From Pseudomonadota bacterium (lineage in GTDB: Bacteria > Desulfobacterota > Desulfobulbia > Desulfobulbales > SURF-16), in the NCBI GenBank assembly GCA_018816555.1, contig JAHIVT010000091.1, forward strand, positions 70,484-134,483: a DNA stretch of 64,000 bases, given 5' to 3'. Positions 47,790-58,169 of this stretch are shown here, piece after piece. The position numbers and the translations under genes are program-made. Each line of letters starts with the position of its first letter. Position 1 is the first letter of the stretch. The notes under the pieces are model-generated. The model had not been told where the DNA came from, made no database searches, and was given only the letters and a program-made list of their open reading frames with translations.

Positions 47790-49340
47790 TTATTCCCACT
47801 CAATGGTGCTCGGCGGTTTGGAGGAGATATCAAACACCACCCGGTTGACCCCGCGGACCTCGTTGATGATGCGGTTGGAAATGCGGCCCAGCAGATCATA
47901 GGGCAGGCGGGACCAGTCGGCGGTCATGGCGTCGACGCTGTCCACCGCGCGCAGGGCGATGACGTGCTCATAGGTGCGCTCATCCCCCATGACTCCCACG
48001 GTCTGGATGGGCAGCAGCACGGCAAAGGACTGCCAGACCTTGCGGTAGTAACCTGATTTTTTCATCTCTTCGAGCACTATGACATCTGCCTGCCGCAGGA
48101 TATGCAGTCTCTCCCGGCTTACTTCGCCCATGATGCGGATACCCAGCCCGGGTCCGGGAAAGGGCTGGCGGTAAATGGCCTCTTCCGGCAGACCGAGCTC
48201 AAGGCCCAGTTCCCGCACCTCGTCTTTGAACAGCTCCCGCAGGGGTTCAATGAGGGCGAGTTTCATGATTTCAGGCAGGCCGCCCACGTTATGGTGGGAT
48301 TTGATCACCGCCGCACCCCGGAAGGAAACACTCTCGATGACGTCGGGGTAGAGGGTGCCCTGGGCCAGGTACTTCACATCACCCAGCTTGCCCGCCTCCT
48401 CTTCAAAAATTTTGATAAAGCCGTAGCCGATGCGTTTTCGTTTTTCTTCTGGGTCAACGATGCCCTCGAGCTGGCCGAGAAAATAGTTTTCAGCGTCGAT
48501 ATCAATGACCTTGAGATGGGTTTTTTCCTGAAAATAACGCATGAGACTTGCCGTCTCGCCGGTGCGCATCAATCCGTTGTTGACGTAAATGCAGGTGAGC
48601 TGCTCACCTATGGCGCGATGGACCAGGGCCGCTGTCACGGAGGAGTCAACCCCGCCGGACAGGGCGCAGATCACCTTGTCCCGGCCCACCTTGTCCCGGA
48701 TGCCCTGCACCGTGGTTTCCACAAAATTATGCATGGTCCAGTTGGGCTCACAGCCGCACAGGCCGAAAATGAAGTTGCGCAGTACATCGGTGCCGATCAG
48801 GGTGTGGGCCACCTCCGGATGGAACTGCACGCCCACCATTTTTTTCCCTTCGTGGCGGATGGCGGCGTGGGGGGAGTGCTCGCTCACCGCCGAGGCGACA
48901 AAGCCTTGAGGCAGCACTTCGATGCGGTCGCCGTGGCTCATCCACACCTGGTATTGGCTGGAGCCGGGCTCAAAACCGGCAAAGAGCCCGCCGGTATATT
49001 TGATCTCCAGATCCGACTTGCCGAACTCACGTTTCACCGCCCGTTCCACCTTGCCGCCCAGCTGCTGGGTCATGAGCTGGGCGCCGTAGCAGATACCGAG
49101 CACGGGGATGTCAAGGTCGAAGAGACCCGGATCGCTTAAAGGCGCGTCCTCGTCATACACACTGGCCGGGCCGCCGGAAAGTACAATGCCTTTGGGCTGC
49201 ATCTCCTTGATTTTCACAAGAGACAGGGTGTAGGGGTGGATTTCACTGTAGACCTTCTGCTCGCGGATGCGCCGGGCAATGAGCTGGGTGGTCTGGGAAC
49301 CGAAATCAAGTATGAGTATTTTTTCACTGTGAATATTCAT
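47790..49340 (-). CDS. guaA: GMP synthase (glutamine-hydrolysing)
   Basis: [17 protein letters not shown], the GATase triad region and the ATP-PPase SGGVDSS motif. ATG 49340 was chosen; the ORF track starts at 49445. Confidence 0.95.
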   Translation of the reverse strand: MNIHSEKILILDFGSQTTQLIARRIREQKVYSEIHPYTLSLVKIKEMQPKGIVLSGGPASVYDEDAPLSDPGLFDLDIPVLGICYGAQLMTQQLGGKVERAVKREFGKSDLEIKYTGGLFAGFEPGSSQYQVWMSHGDRIEVLPQGFVASAVSEHSPHAAIRHEGKKMVGVQFHPEVAHTLIGTDVLRNFIFGLCGCEPNWTMHNFVETTVQGIRDKVGRDKVICALSGGVDSSVTAALVHRAIGEQLTCIYVNNGLMRTGETASLMRYFQEKTHLKVIDIDAENYFLGQLEGIVDPEEKRKRIGYGFIKIFEEEAGKLGDVKYLAQGTLYPDVIESVSFRGAAVIKSHHNVGGLPEIMKLALIEPLRELFKDEVRELGLELGLPEEAIYRQPFPGPGLGIRIMGEVSRERLHILRQADVIVLEEMKKSGYYRKVWQSFAVLLPIQTVGVMGDERTYEHVIALRAVDSVDAMTADWSRLPYDLLGRISNRIINEVRGVNRVVFDISSKPPSTIEWE

Positions 49341-49500
49341 GATGTATGATCCGTGCTGATGAAGGAGTGGAGGAAATAAAAATGTAACAATGTGCCCGCA
49401 AGCACCCCATGAAGGGTCCTCGGCAATGCTCTTGCTGCCAGGCAAAGGGCGCAGGCCGTGAAATAAGAGGTCACCCGCCGCGCCTGCAGACCGTATTCGC

Positions 49501-50964
49501 TTAACTCATCCGGTAATTGGGAGCTTCCTTGGTTATAATCACGTCATGCACATGGCTCTCTTTCAAGCCGGCCGGGCTGATACGGACAAATTTTGCCTTT
49601 TTCTGCAGATCCTTGATGTCGCAGGCGCCCAGGTAGCCCATGCCGGAGCGCAACCCGCCGATCAGCTGGTAAATGGTATCGCAGATGGGGCCGCGGTAGG
49701 GAACTTTACCCTCAATGCCTTCGGGCACCAGTTTGGCCGGAGACTCGATCTCATCCTGGAAATAGCGGTCACTGCTGCCTCTTTTCATGGCACCCAGGGA
49801 ACCCATGCCCCGGTATCCTTTATAGGTGCGGCCCTGGTAGAGAAAAGTTTCACCCGGCGTCTCATCGCAGCCGGCAAAAAGACTGCCGATCATGATGACA
49901 TCCGCCCCAATGCCGATGGCCTTGGTGACATCGCCGGAGTGCTTGATGCCGCCGTCGCCGATCACCGGAATACCATATTTTTCCGCCGCCTTTTTGCAGT
50001 TGTAAATGGCGGTGAGCTGGGGCACGCCGACACCCGCCACGATACGGGTGGTGCAGATTGAGCCGGGGCCGACTCCTACCTTGATACAGTCGGCGCCGGC
50101 CTTGATCAGCGCCTCGGCCGCCTCGGCGGTGGCAATATTGCCGGCAATGATCTGTACATCCGGAAAGGAGGCTTTGATGTCCTGCAGTTTGGTCAGCACA
50201 TTTTTTGAATGGCCATGGGCGGAATCGAGCACGAACACATCGACCTCCGCCTTGGCCAGTTTTTCCACATCCTCCAGGGTGGTGAGCACCCCGATGGCGG
50301 CTCCTACCCGCAGACGGCCAAGGGAATCCTTGGCGGAAAGAGGGTATTTTCTGATCTTTTCCAGGTCCTTGATGGTGATGAGCCCCTGCAGATCTCCGCT
50401 GTCATTGACCACCAGCAGTTTTTCGATACGGTGTTCATGGAGAAGCGCCTTGGACTGCTCCAGGGTGATGCCCACCCTGGCGGTAACCAGATTCTTGCTG
50501 GTCATCACCTCCTTGACCCGCAGGTCGAGGTCTGAGACAAAGCGCAGATCGCGGTTGGTGACAATGCCGATCAGTTTTTTCCCCTGCAGGACCGGCACCC
50601 CGGAAATCCGGTAATTCTGCATGATCTCCTTCACCTCGCCCACGGTCTGATCCTCCACCACCGTAACCGGGTCGACGATCATGCCGGATTCAGATTTTTT
50701 CACCTTTTTCACCTGCAGCACCTGCTCGTCAATGGACATGTTCTTGTGGATGATGCCGATGCCGCCCTCTCTGGCCATGGCAATGGCGGCACGGTGCTCG
50801 GTGACCGTGTCCATGGCGGCGCTGATCAGAGGAATATTTAAGGTGACATGTTGCGTCAGACTGGTGGTAAGGTTGACCTCGCTGGGAAGAACCTCAGAGG
50901 CTTGGGGCACCAGGAGGAGATCATCAAAGGTATAGGCGTATTCAATTGGATTATTGGCAAACAT
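49501..50964 (-). CDS. guaB: IMP dehydrogenase
   Basis: GGIGIIHKN, a CBS pair, the GPGSICTTR catalytic loop and GGIKHSGD. Confidence 0.95.
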   Translation of the reverse strand: MFANNPIEYAYTFDDLLLVPQASEVLPSEVNLTTSLTQHVTLNIPLISAAMDTVTEHRAAIAMAREGGIGIIHKNMSIDEQVLQVKKVKKSESGMIVDPVTVVEDQTVGEVKEIMQNYRISGVPVLQGKKLIGIVTNRDLRFVSDLDLRVKEVMTSKNLVTARVGITLEQSKALLHEHRIEKLLVVNDSGDLQGLITIKDLEKIRKYPLSAKDSLGRLRVGAAIGVLTTLEDVEKLAKAEVDVFVLDSAHGHSKNVLTKLQDIKASFPDVQIIAGNIATAEAAEALIKAGADCIKVGVGPGSICTTRIVAGVGVPQLTAIYNCKKAAEKYGIPVIGDGGIKHSGDVTKAIGIGADVIMIGSLFAGCDETPGETFLYQGRTYKGYRGMGSLGAMKRGSSDRYFQDEIESPAKLVPEGIEGKVPYRGPICDTIYQLIGGLRSGMGYLGACDIKDLQKKAKFVRISPAGLKESHVHDVIITKEAPNYRMS

Positions 50965-51080
50965 TGTCCGTGGTCTCCATCAGCTCGTGTTGCTGTAAAA
51001 ATATAAAACCCGACTTGGGTTATTCTAGCAGATTTTTGCGGTGCAGGAGCGAAAATCAGCAATGATTTTTCACTTTTCTG

Positions 51081-52862
51081 CTACTGCCAGTCCGGCCTGA
51101 GATGCAGCTCCGTCAGCTGCTTGCGCGCCACCCCTGCAGGGGCATCGGTGAGCGGACAGGTCGCCTTCTGGGTTTTGGGGAAGGCGATGACGTCCCGGAT
51201 GGTATCACGTCCGGCAATGATCATCATCAGCCTGTCAAGGCCGAAGGCGATGCCGCCGTGGGGCGGTGCGCCGAGTTCCAGCGCCTTGAGCAGAAAGGCG
51301 AATTTGTCGGCCGCCTCTTCAGGGGCAATGCCCAGGGCATTGAAAACCCTGTCCTGCACCGTTTTCTGGTGGATACGCAGACTGCCGCCGCCGATTTCCG
51401 TGCCGTTCAGCACCAGGTCGTACGCCCGGCTGCGCACTTTGCCCGGATCCGTTTCAAGCAGGTCCATGTCCTCTTCCACCGGGGCGGTGAAGGGATGATG
51501 CACCGCGGTGTGTCGCTTCTGCTCGTGGTCATATTCCAGCAGCGGAAAATCAGTGACCCAGAGAAAGTTGAAGGTGTTTTTGTCGATCAGCTTCAGTCTG
51601 CGTGCCAGTTCCAGCCGAAGTTCAGCCAGGGCCGACCGGACAACGACGGCATTGTCGGCCACAAAAAAGAGCAGATCGCCTGGCTGGGCATCAAGCGTCG
51701 TTGCCATGGCGGCCCGCTCGGCCTCGGTGAAGAATTTGGCAATGGGCGACTGCCATTCGCCGTCTTCTTTCACCTTGACCCAGGCCAGGCCCTTGGCGCC
51801 GAAATTGCCCACATAGCCGGTCAGATCATCCAGATCCTTTCTGGAAAAAGTGGCGCAGCCCTTGGCATTGATGCTTTTCACCTGGCCGCCTTTTTCCACA
51901 ACGGTGCGGAAGACCTGGAAGCCGCAGCCCTTCACCACCTCGGTGAGGTTGATCAGCTCAAGGCCGAAGCGGGTATCCGGCTTATCACATCCGTAGCGCT
52001 CCATGGCCTCGGCATAGGTCATGCGGGGGAAAGGTGTTTGCAGTTCCATGGCTTTGGTGGCGGCAAAGAGGCTGGTCATCACCCCTTCGGCAATGCGGTA
52101 GATATCTTCCTCGGTGATAAAGGAGAGCTCCATATCCACCTGGGTGAATTCCGGCTGGCGGTCCGCCCGCAGGTCCTCGTCCCGGAAACACTTGACGATC
52201 TGGTAATAACGGTCCATGCCGGCCACCATGAGCAGCTGCTTGAAAAGCTGGGGCGACTGGGGCAGGGCGTAGAATTTCCCGGCATTGACCCGGCTGGGCA
52301 CCAGATAATCGCGGGCCCCCTCCGGGGTGGAGCGGGTGAGGACCGGGGTCTCGATTTCCAGAAAGTTTTCATCATTAAGAAAGGTGCGCAATGCCTGGCA
52401 GGCCTTGTGGCGCATGATGAGGTTGTCCGCCATGCCCGGCCGGCGCAGGTCCAGATAGCGGTACTGCAGGCGCAGGTTTTCCGACACCTCGATGTCTTCA
52501 TCCAGGGGAAAGGGCGGTGTCAGGCTGGCATTCAAGATGCGCAGTTCGCTGATCATCACCTCGATCTCCCCGGTTTTCAGGTTTTTATTGACCATGCCTT
52601 CCGGACGGGGGGTGACCTTGCCGCGCACGGCAATGACCCACTCGCTGCGCAGGGCGTGGGCCTTGGCATGGGCCTCACTGTTGAATTCCGGATTAAAGAC
52701 GATCTGGCTTATGCCCCAGCGGTCGCGCAGGTCAATGAAGATGACCCCGCCGTGGTCGCGACGGCGCAGCACCCAGCCCATCAAAGTTATTTCCTGATCA
52801 ATATGATCCGCCCTAAGGTCATTACAGGTATGACTGCGCTTCAGCTCACCCATGGACTCCAT
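51081..52862 (-). CDS. aspS: aspartate--tRNA ligase
   Basis: Class IIb motifs ([29 protein letters not shown]). ATG 52862 is preceded by AAGGAG. The 598-aa antisense ORF is a shadow. Confidence 0.95.
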   Translation of the reverse strand: MESMGELKRSHTCNDLRADHIDQEITLMGWVLRRRDHGGVIFIDLRDRWGISQIVFNPEFNSEAHAKAHALRSEWVIAVRGKVTPRPEGMVNKNLKTGEIEVMISELRILNASLTPPFPLDEDIEVSENLRLQYRYLDLRRPGMADNLIMRHKACQALRTFLNDENFLEIETPVLTRSTPEGARDYLVPSRVNAGKFYALPQSPQLFKQLLMVAGMDRYYQIVKCFRDEDLRADRQPEFTQVDMELSFITEEDIYRIAEGVMTSLFAATKAMELQTPFPRMTYAEAMERYGCDKPDTRFGLELINLTEVVKGCGFQVFRTVVEKGGQVKSINAKGCATFSRKDLDDLTGYVGNFGAKGLAWVKVKEDGEWQSPIAKFFTEAERAAMATTLDAQPGDLLFFVADNAVVVRSALAELRLELARRLKLIDKNTFNFLWVTDFPLLEYDHEQKRHTAVHHPFTAPVEEDMDLLETDPGKVRSRAYDLVLNGTEIGGGSLRIHQKTVQDRVFNALGIAPEEAADKFAFLLKALELGAPPHGGIAFGLDRLMMIIAGRDTIRDVIAFPKTQKATCPLTDAPAGVARKQLTELHLRPDWQ

Positions 52863-52974
52863 AGGATCTCCTTTACGGTTTTTTGTTGTTTGCAATGAAA
52901 GTGAGTGAGGAGTGAAAAGAAAAAGAGACAGGCAAAAAGGTTATACTCCTTCTCTCTTCTCGACCCCTTACTTC

Positions 52975-54240
52975 TTAACTTAAAATAGCCGCCAGCTCCC
53001 CGGCCCAGGTGTCCATATCCGCGGCGATGGCCAGAGGGGACTGTTCGCTGCTCTCCATATTGCGGAGAACCGCCTCGCCGCGGCTAAGTTCATCGTCACC
53101 GAGGATTACGGCAAACCGGGCCGCTGCCTTGCCGGCTTGTTTCATCTGGTTTTTCAGGCTGCGGTCCTGGTAATCCATGGACACGGTGTGACCCGTCTGG
53201 CGCAGGGCATGGGTCAGGGCAAAACCTTTTTTCTGGGCCGCTGCCCCCAGGGCAACGACAAAGAGATCCATGCCGGTTGCGGCAACCCCTTTCCCCTGTT
53301 GCTCCAGCAGCAGGGCCAGGCGCTCCATGCCCATGGCAAAGCCGATACCCGGCACATCGGCACCGCCGAGCTGTTTTACCAAGCCGTCGTAGCGGCCGCC
53401 GGCGCCGATGGCGCTCTGGGCACCCAGGTCGTTGGTCACCAGCTCGAAGGTGGTCCGGGTGTAGTAATCAAGACCCCGCACCATGAAGGAATTGACCCGG
53501 TATGGAATGGCCAGCAGGTCGAGCCCTTCCTTTACCTCGCTGAAATGGCTGGTGCAGCCGGGGCAGAGGAAATCGAGAATCGATGGGGCGTGTTGGTATT
53601 GCTCCTGGCAGTGGCTGCTTTTGCAGTCAAGCACCCGCAGGGGGTTGGTCTCCCTTCTGCGCCGGCAGTCATCACAGAGATTTTCCGCCTTGTGCAGGAA
53701 ATCAAGCAGAGCCGCATTGAAGGCCGGCCTGCACTGGGGGCAGCCGAGGGAGTTGATTTCCAGGCTGGCTGACAGGCCGAGCGCTTTTAAGATGAGCCAG
53801 GCCATGGCCATCAATTCAGCATCGACCCGGGGATGGTCCGAACCCAGCACCTCGACGCTCATCTGGTGAAACTGACGCAGACGCCCTTTCTGGGGGCGTT
53901 CATGGCGGAACATGGGGCCGATGGTGTACAGCTTCTGCACGGTCTTTTTGGCCAGCAGGCCGTTTTCAATATAGGCCCGCAGAACCGATGCCGTTCCTTC
54001 CGGTCGCATGGTGAGGGATGAACCGTTGCGGTCGATGAAGGTGTACATCTCCTTTTCCACAATGTCCGTGGTCTCGCCGATGGAGCGGGTGAAAAGCTCG
54101 GTTTTCTCCAGGATCGGCACCTTGATCTCGGCCAGATCAAAACAATGGAAAATGTCCCTGGCCGTCTTTTCTATGAACTGCCAGGTTTCAACCTCGCCGG
54201 GGACAATATCTTTAAAACCTTTCAAGGCCTTGATGCTCAA
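52975..54240 (-). CDS. hisS: histidine--tRNA ligase
   Basis: LKGFKDIVPGE, MFRHERPQKGRLRQFHQ and GGRYDGL motifs. TTG 54240 gives (M)SIKALKGFKD, preceded by AGAGG; the ORF track starts further upstream. Confidence 0.9.
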   Translation of the reverse strand: MSIKALKGFKDIVPGEVETWQFIEKTARDIFHCFDLAEIKVPILEKTELFTRSIGETTDIVEKEMYTFIDRNGSSLTMRPEGTASVLRAYIENGLLAKKTVQKLYTIGPMFRHERPQKGRLRQFHQMSVEVLGSDHPRVDAELMAMAWLILKALGLSASLEINSLGCPQCRPAFNAALLDFLHKAENLCDDCRRRRETNPLRVLDCKSSHCQEQYQHAPSILDFLCPGCTSHFSEVKEGLDLLAIPYRVNSFMVRGLDYYTRTTFELVTNDLGAQSAIGAGGRYDGLVKQLGGADVPGIGFAMGMERLALLLEQQGKGVAATGMDLFVVALGAAAQKKGFALTHALRQTGHTVSMDYQDRSLKNQMKQAGKAAARFAVILGDDELSRGEAVLRNMESSEQSPLAIAADMDTWAGELAAILS

Positions 54241-54499
54241 AGAACTACCTCTTGACTTGTCGCTGCGTAATGTTTTTGGCTTATTATTTTTTCGTCCCGT
54301 CCAGCAGGACGAGCACCACAATAAAAAACTGTCAAACTTATCTTAAAATGAACGGGAAGTCAAGAGTTTGGCGACAAATCTCCAGGGAAAAAAATGTCCA
54401 GGGGCAATAGAGCCTTGCATGGAGGCGAGGAGGTCAGAAAATAAGCAGCCATGACAGGCCATGTAAAAGGACAATGCCCGCAGATGCATCCTGCTTTTT

Positions 54500-55804
54500 T
54501 CAGGGAAGATTGACCTCGCGCAGGTCCGGTCCGAAATCAACCCTTTCGTCCGGCCCAAGAATTCCCATGGCCAGGCCGATGATCGACCAGAGGTTGACCG
54601 ACCGATACGCGCCGGCACCAAGATGTTTTCCCAGCTCTTCAATCTGGGCGTGGCAGTTATGGCAGGGGGTAATACAGTAAGCCGCGCCGGTGGTCATAAT
54701 CTGTTCATGTTTCAGCCGGCCGTACTGCAGGCGGGCCTCGTTGTAACCGGTCTGGAGATAGCCGCCTCCGCCGCCGCAGCAGTAATTGTTGGATTTGTTC
54801 GGGTACATGTCGATGAAATTTTCCTCGCCCACCACGGTTTTGACCACAAAACGCAGCTCATCGGCATAGGGATCGCCAAGGCCTTTTCGTACCTGGTTGC
54901 AGGGGTCCTGCACCGTGAATTTGATCTGCAGATCCCGGTTCCAGTCGGCATTGACCTTAAGTTTCCCCTCCCTGATCCAGCGGGCATAGTATTGGACGAT
55001 GAGAGCGATATCCAGCCTGGTATCGATGCTGAACCGGCGCACCCCTTCCCTGACCGAAAAGGTGGAATGGCCGCATTCGGTATTGAGGTAGACCTTGCAC
55101 CCCAGCTCCTCGGCCTTGCGGATGGTGGCGGTGGTGATCTGTTTCCAGGCCTCGGTGTCTGCCAGGAACATGCAGTAGTTCTCCCCGGCCCAGGCGGTGC
55201 TGCCATAGGTCCAGTCAGCCCCGGCCAGGTGCAGGATCTTCCACAGCGGGATCATCTCATAGGGCAGGGCCACCGGCTCCCGGGAATTCTGGCTGAGGAA
55301 GAAATGGGCTCCCTGCTTGTCGATGGGGGCCTGCAGTTCCTCCCAGCCGGGTTGGGTTTCCTGCACCTCGGCCAATACATCTTCCACCACAAAACGGAAT
55401 TCATCCGGCGGGGTGCCGGTGGCGCTGGTGCTGGCGTTGCGCAGGGCCATGTCGCATGAGCCCAGAATCCCTTTCGGCCGCTGCTCCCGGGGCCACAGCT
55501 TTCTCGCTTCATAGATTATTCCGCCGATATTGATCTGCATGGGACAGACATAGTTGCAGCGCATGCACAGGCTGCACATCCAGACCCAGGGATGGCCGGC
55601 AATGCTCTCGTCCTGGCTCAGTGCCACCAGCCGGATAAATTTTCGCGGGTCCATGTCTGCAAGTCCGGTGGCCGGGCAGCCGGAGGCGCAGGCCCCACAG
55701 GTGAGACAGAGCTTGAAATTGCCGCCGGCGGGCAGAATTTCCCGGACCTGATCCCTAAAGGCGCTTTGCATTTTTTTGTCGATTGTTATTTCGGTGTCAG
55801 CCAT
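54500..55804 (-). CDS. (Fe-S)-binding protein with two 4Fe-4S motifs and two CCG domains (HdrD/DsrK-like heterodisulfide-reductase family)
   Basis: CLTCGACASGCP and CSLCMRCNYVCP motifs. CCG-type motifs are present in the C-terminal half (CCGGGGG, PCHNC). Confidence 0.8.
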   Translation of the reverse strand: MADTEITIDKKMQSAFRDQVREILPAGGNFKLCLTCGACASGCPATGLADMDPRKFIRLVALSQDESIAGHPWVWMCSLCMRCNYVCPMQINIGGIIYEARKLWPREQRPKGILGSCDMALRNASTSATGTPPDEFRFVVEDVLAEVQETQPGWEELQAPIDKQGAHFFLSQNSREPVALPYEMIPLWKILHLAGADWTYGSTAWAGENYCMFLADTEAWKQITTATIRKAEELGCKVYLNTECGHSTFSVREGVRRFSIDTRLDIALIVQYYARWIREGKLKVNADWNRDLQIKFTVQDPCNQVRKGLGDPYADELRFVVKTVVGEENFIDMYPNKSNNYCCGGGGGYLQTGYNEARLQYGRLKHEQIMTTGAAYCITPCHNCHAQIEELGKHLGAGAYRSVNLWSIIGLAMGILGPDERVDFGPDLREVNLP

Positions 55805-56310
55805 TACTTCTCCTTAAGCTCCAGATTGTGGCGCAGATGCCGCAGTACTCGGCCCGCGCCCGGCAAAGCGAGGCCTGGTCGTCTGCAACGGCATCATGCC
55901 ATGCGTATCAGGGAAAAGCACAAACGGTCGGCGGAGGAATAGGTAACAGTCGGGCAATCAAAACGAAAAACAGAAGGAGAGAATCTGCATTTCAGCTTCC
56001 GGAACTCACCTGTTTCTGCCGCCCCGGGCAGAACGTTTGCGCATCACTCAGGTGAAACCGGAAAAAAGGTGCATGATCATAATTTCGATGCTGAAATGGT
56101 GGAAGGAGTATTGAGTATCAAGGGCTGCCGATGAAAACAGCTTCACCTTTCAGCCTTTGGAAAAAACAGGATTGAGTGGTCGAAGATATGGAAGATTTTC
56201 CGATATGTCAAATCGAAAATTGCATTAGCAGAAAAAGAATAGGGGCACGGGCCGGTCTGGCTGGACGGCGAGGCATATCAAGCTTGCCGGCCCTGTCTGC
56301 TTTATTTCAC

Positions 56311-56715
56311 CTACAGCAGATCGGCGTGGTCGATTTTCATGCAGCGGTCCATGACCACGGCCAGGCCGTTGCTCCGGGCCAGACGGGCCGCCTCCTCGTT
56401 GATGATGCCCTGTTGCATCCATATCGCTTTTGCCTTGATTTTCACCGCCAGTTCCACCACCGGCAGCACCTCCTCGGACCGGCGGAAGATGTCCACCACG
56501 TCAACCGGTTCAGGGATGTCCAGCAGGCTGGGGTAGCAGGTTTCACCCAGGATCTCTTCCTGTCCAGGATTGACGGGGATGACCCGGTAACCCACATCCT
56601 GCAGGTAGCGGGCCACCTGGTTGCTTGGCCTGTTTTCCTTGGGTGAAAGACCCACCACGGCGATTGTTTTGCAGTTTTTCAAAATAGTGCTAATTTCTTT
56701 CATGTTGGTAAGCAT
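56311..56715 (-). CDS. CoA-binding domain protein (YccU/YneT-like)
   Basis: KTIAVVGLSPKENRPSNQVARYLQDVGYRVIPVNP. ATG 56715 is preceded by GGAGA; the ORF track starts at 56892. Confidence 0.85.
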   Translation of the reverse strand: MLTNMKEISTILKNCKTIAVVGLSPKENRPSNQVARYLQDVGYRVIPVNPGQEEILGETCYPSLLDIPEPVDVVDIFRRSEEVLPVVELAVKIKAKAIWMQQGIINEEAARLARSNGLAVVMDRCMKIDHADLL

Positions 56716-56852
56716 TTTATTCTCCATGTTGTTCAAGGCACAGCGGGGTATGACAGCTTGACGCCTGTTATTTTTCTGGCAGATTTTCTCTAATTTTGCA
56801 ATAGTAGCACTAACTTTTAAATTTATCACTCCTGCAGAAAAGGAGGTACGAC

Positions 56853-57059
56853 ATGTGCCAGATGAGCGTGGTATATGAAAAAAACGGGACAACCAAAACC
56901 GTCATGGAAAATGTGACCTTTCTTGAGGCTGAGGGGGATGACATCCGAGTCAGCACCCTCTTTGAAGAGCCAAAGGTTATTGCCGCGGCGTATGTGAAAA
57001 AAATTGATTTCATGGGCGGGAAAGTGACCCTGGCCCCTTTGGGAGAAAAAAATGTCTGA
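56853..57059 (+). CDS. cooT: CooT-family nickel-binding protein
   Basis: 68 aa. The N-terminal Met-Cys (MCQMSVVY...) and small beta-barrel-like pattern are typical of CooT. RBS AAGGAGG upstream. Confidence 0.8.
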   Translation: MCQMSVVYEKNGTTKTVMENVTFLEAEGDDIRVSTLFEEPKVIAAAYVKKIDFMGGKVTLAPLGEKNV

Positions 57060-57309
57060 AAGCAAGGAACTGACTGAACTGGAAAAATTACGTGTTCTCA
57101 TCCCCCACTGGATTGAGCATAGCCACAGCCATCAGCATGAATTTGGAAAATGGGTGGCGGTGGCGAAAAATGAGGGACAGGAGGAGGCGGCCGAGGCCAT
57201 TGACAAGGCCCTGCAGAAACTGGCCAAGGCGGACAAGTATCTGCGCAAGGCGCTGGAGGCCCTGGGCGGAGAGGTGGAAGGGCATCACGGCCACGACCAT
57301 AACCACTGA
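57052..57309 (+). CDS. CooJ-like histidine-rich nickel metallochaperone candidate
   Basis: 85 aa and helical. It has the motif HWIEHSHSH (H-W-X2-H-X3-H, nt 57106-57132) and a C-terminal GHHGHDHNH tail. The start overlaps the cooT stop by 8 nt. Confidence 0.55.
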   Translation: MSESKELTELEKLRVLIPHWIEHSHSHQHEFGKWVAVAKNEGQEEAAEAIDKALQKLAKADKYLRKALEALGGEVEGHHGHDHNH

Positions 57310-57421
57310 TGTCTTGAATTGCTGATTGCGGAATTCGGATGTCTGATTTAACATCCGGTCCCGGAGGCAGATACTGGTGGTGCGGTGTCTTCTCGCACTT
57401 CTGCCTGTTGCCTTGCCATAA

Positions 57422-58048
57422 TTACCCCCGGAAGATGGGCAGTCTGGTGATCTCCATGAAGCTTTGCACATGGTATTCGGCGTCCAGATCAGGGTTTTTA
57501 AAGGCGATCATCTTCATGCCCACGCTGTTGGCGTGCTGCCGGTCAATAATGGAATCGCCGATGTAAATGGCCTGGTCCACGGCCAGGGAAAAATGGGTGA
57601 GAATGGCATGCAGGGCATCGGGGTACGGCTTGGGGTGTTCCACGTCAAAGGCGGTGACCACCATGCCGAAATAGGGTGACAGCCCGAAGATATCGAGAAT
57701 ATTGCGCATGGTGGTTGTGCGGTTGGTGCTGATGGCTTTCTCGTAACCCGGGGTGAGATAGTCGAGAAATTCAATCAGGTCCGGTTCCATGTTCATGTAC
57801 TGCAGAAACGGCTGATAATCGAGATCCGCCCGGTATTTTTCCGCCTTGTCAATGTCATCCGGGTAGTGGCGCAGAATATGGCGGACCGAATTAATGACAT
57901 TATGCATGTGCACATATTCGAGCTCCTCTTCGTCCATGGGCGGATGGTCGAGGGCGGAAAGGAGGGTATTGTAATACATTTTATTGGCGTTTTTTGAGTC
58001 AAACATGACGCCGTCGCAATCAAATATAACAAGTTTCAGTTCTGGCAT
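57422..58048 (-). CDS. HAD-superfamily hydrolase (phosphoglycolate phosphatase-like)
   Basis: Motif I VIFDCDGVMFDS, motif II ISTN and motif III/IV IYIGDSIID. Confidence 0.85.
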   Translation of the reverse strand: MPELKLVIFDCDGVMFDSKNANKMYYNTLLSALDHPPMDEEELEYVHMHNVINSVRHILRHYPDDIDKAEKYRADLDYQPFLQYMNMEPDLIEFLDYLTPGYEKAISTNRTTTMRNILDIFGLSPYFGMVVTAFDVEHPKPYPDALHAILTHFSLAVDQAIYIGDSIIDRQHANSVGMKMIAFKNPDLDAEYHVQSFMEITRLPIFRG

Positions 58049-58169
58049 TTTTCTTTGTCTTATTGAGAATTGGTGGGAAATTGCCGCAGGCAGACAGTAG
58101 GTTCGCTGGTTTGTAAATGAAATTGATCAGCGAAGCAACCGGTAAACAAATTAAACCTAAAGATAAACC

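Noticed and set aside
51102-52898. 598-aa plus-strand ORF antisense to aspS.
   Set aside because: It is a shadow ORF on the opposite strand of a well-supported gene. It has low-complexity Gly/Ala/His/Gln-rich composition with no motifs. The same applies to the antisense ORFs 4990-5886, 16924-17808, 25356-26273, 39290-40126, 45573-46334, 48102-49139, 54623-55459, 58491-59711 and 62701-63474.
54241-54499. T-box or other leader upstream of hisS, including a 10-bp inverted repeat CTCTTGACTT (54249-54258) / AAGTCAAGAG (54358-54367).
   Set aside because: There is no T-box consensus (GGTGGTACCGCG or its complement). The repeat is short and 99 nt apart, and could be chance.
56777-56800. TGGCAG ... 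TTGCA upstream of cooT as a sigma54 promoter.
   Set aside because: The spacing between GG and GC is ~19 nt, far from the required 12.
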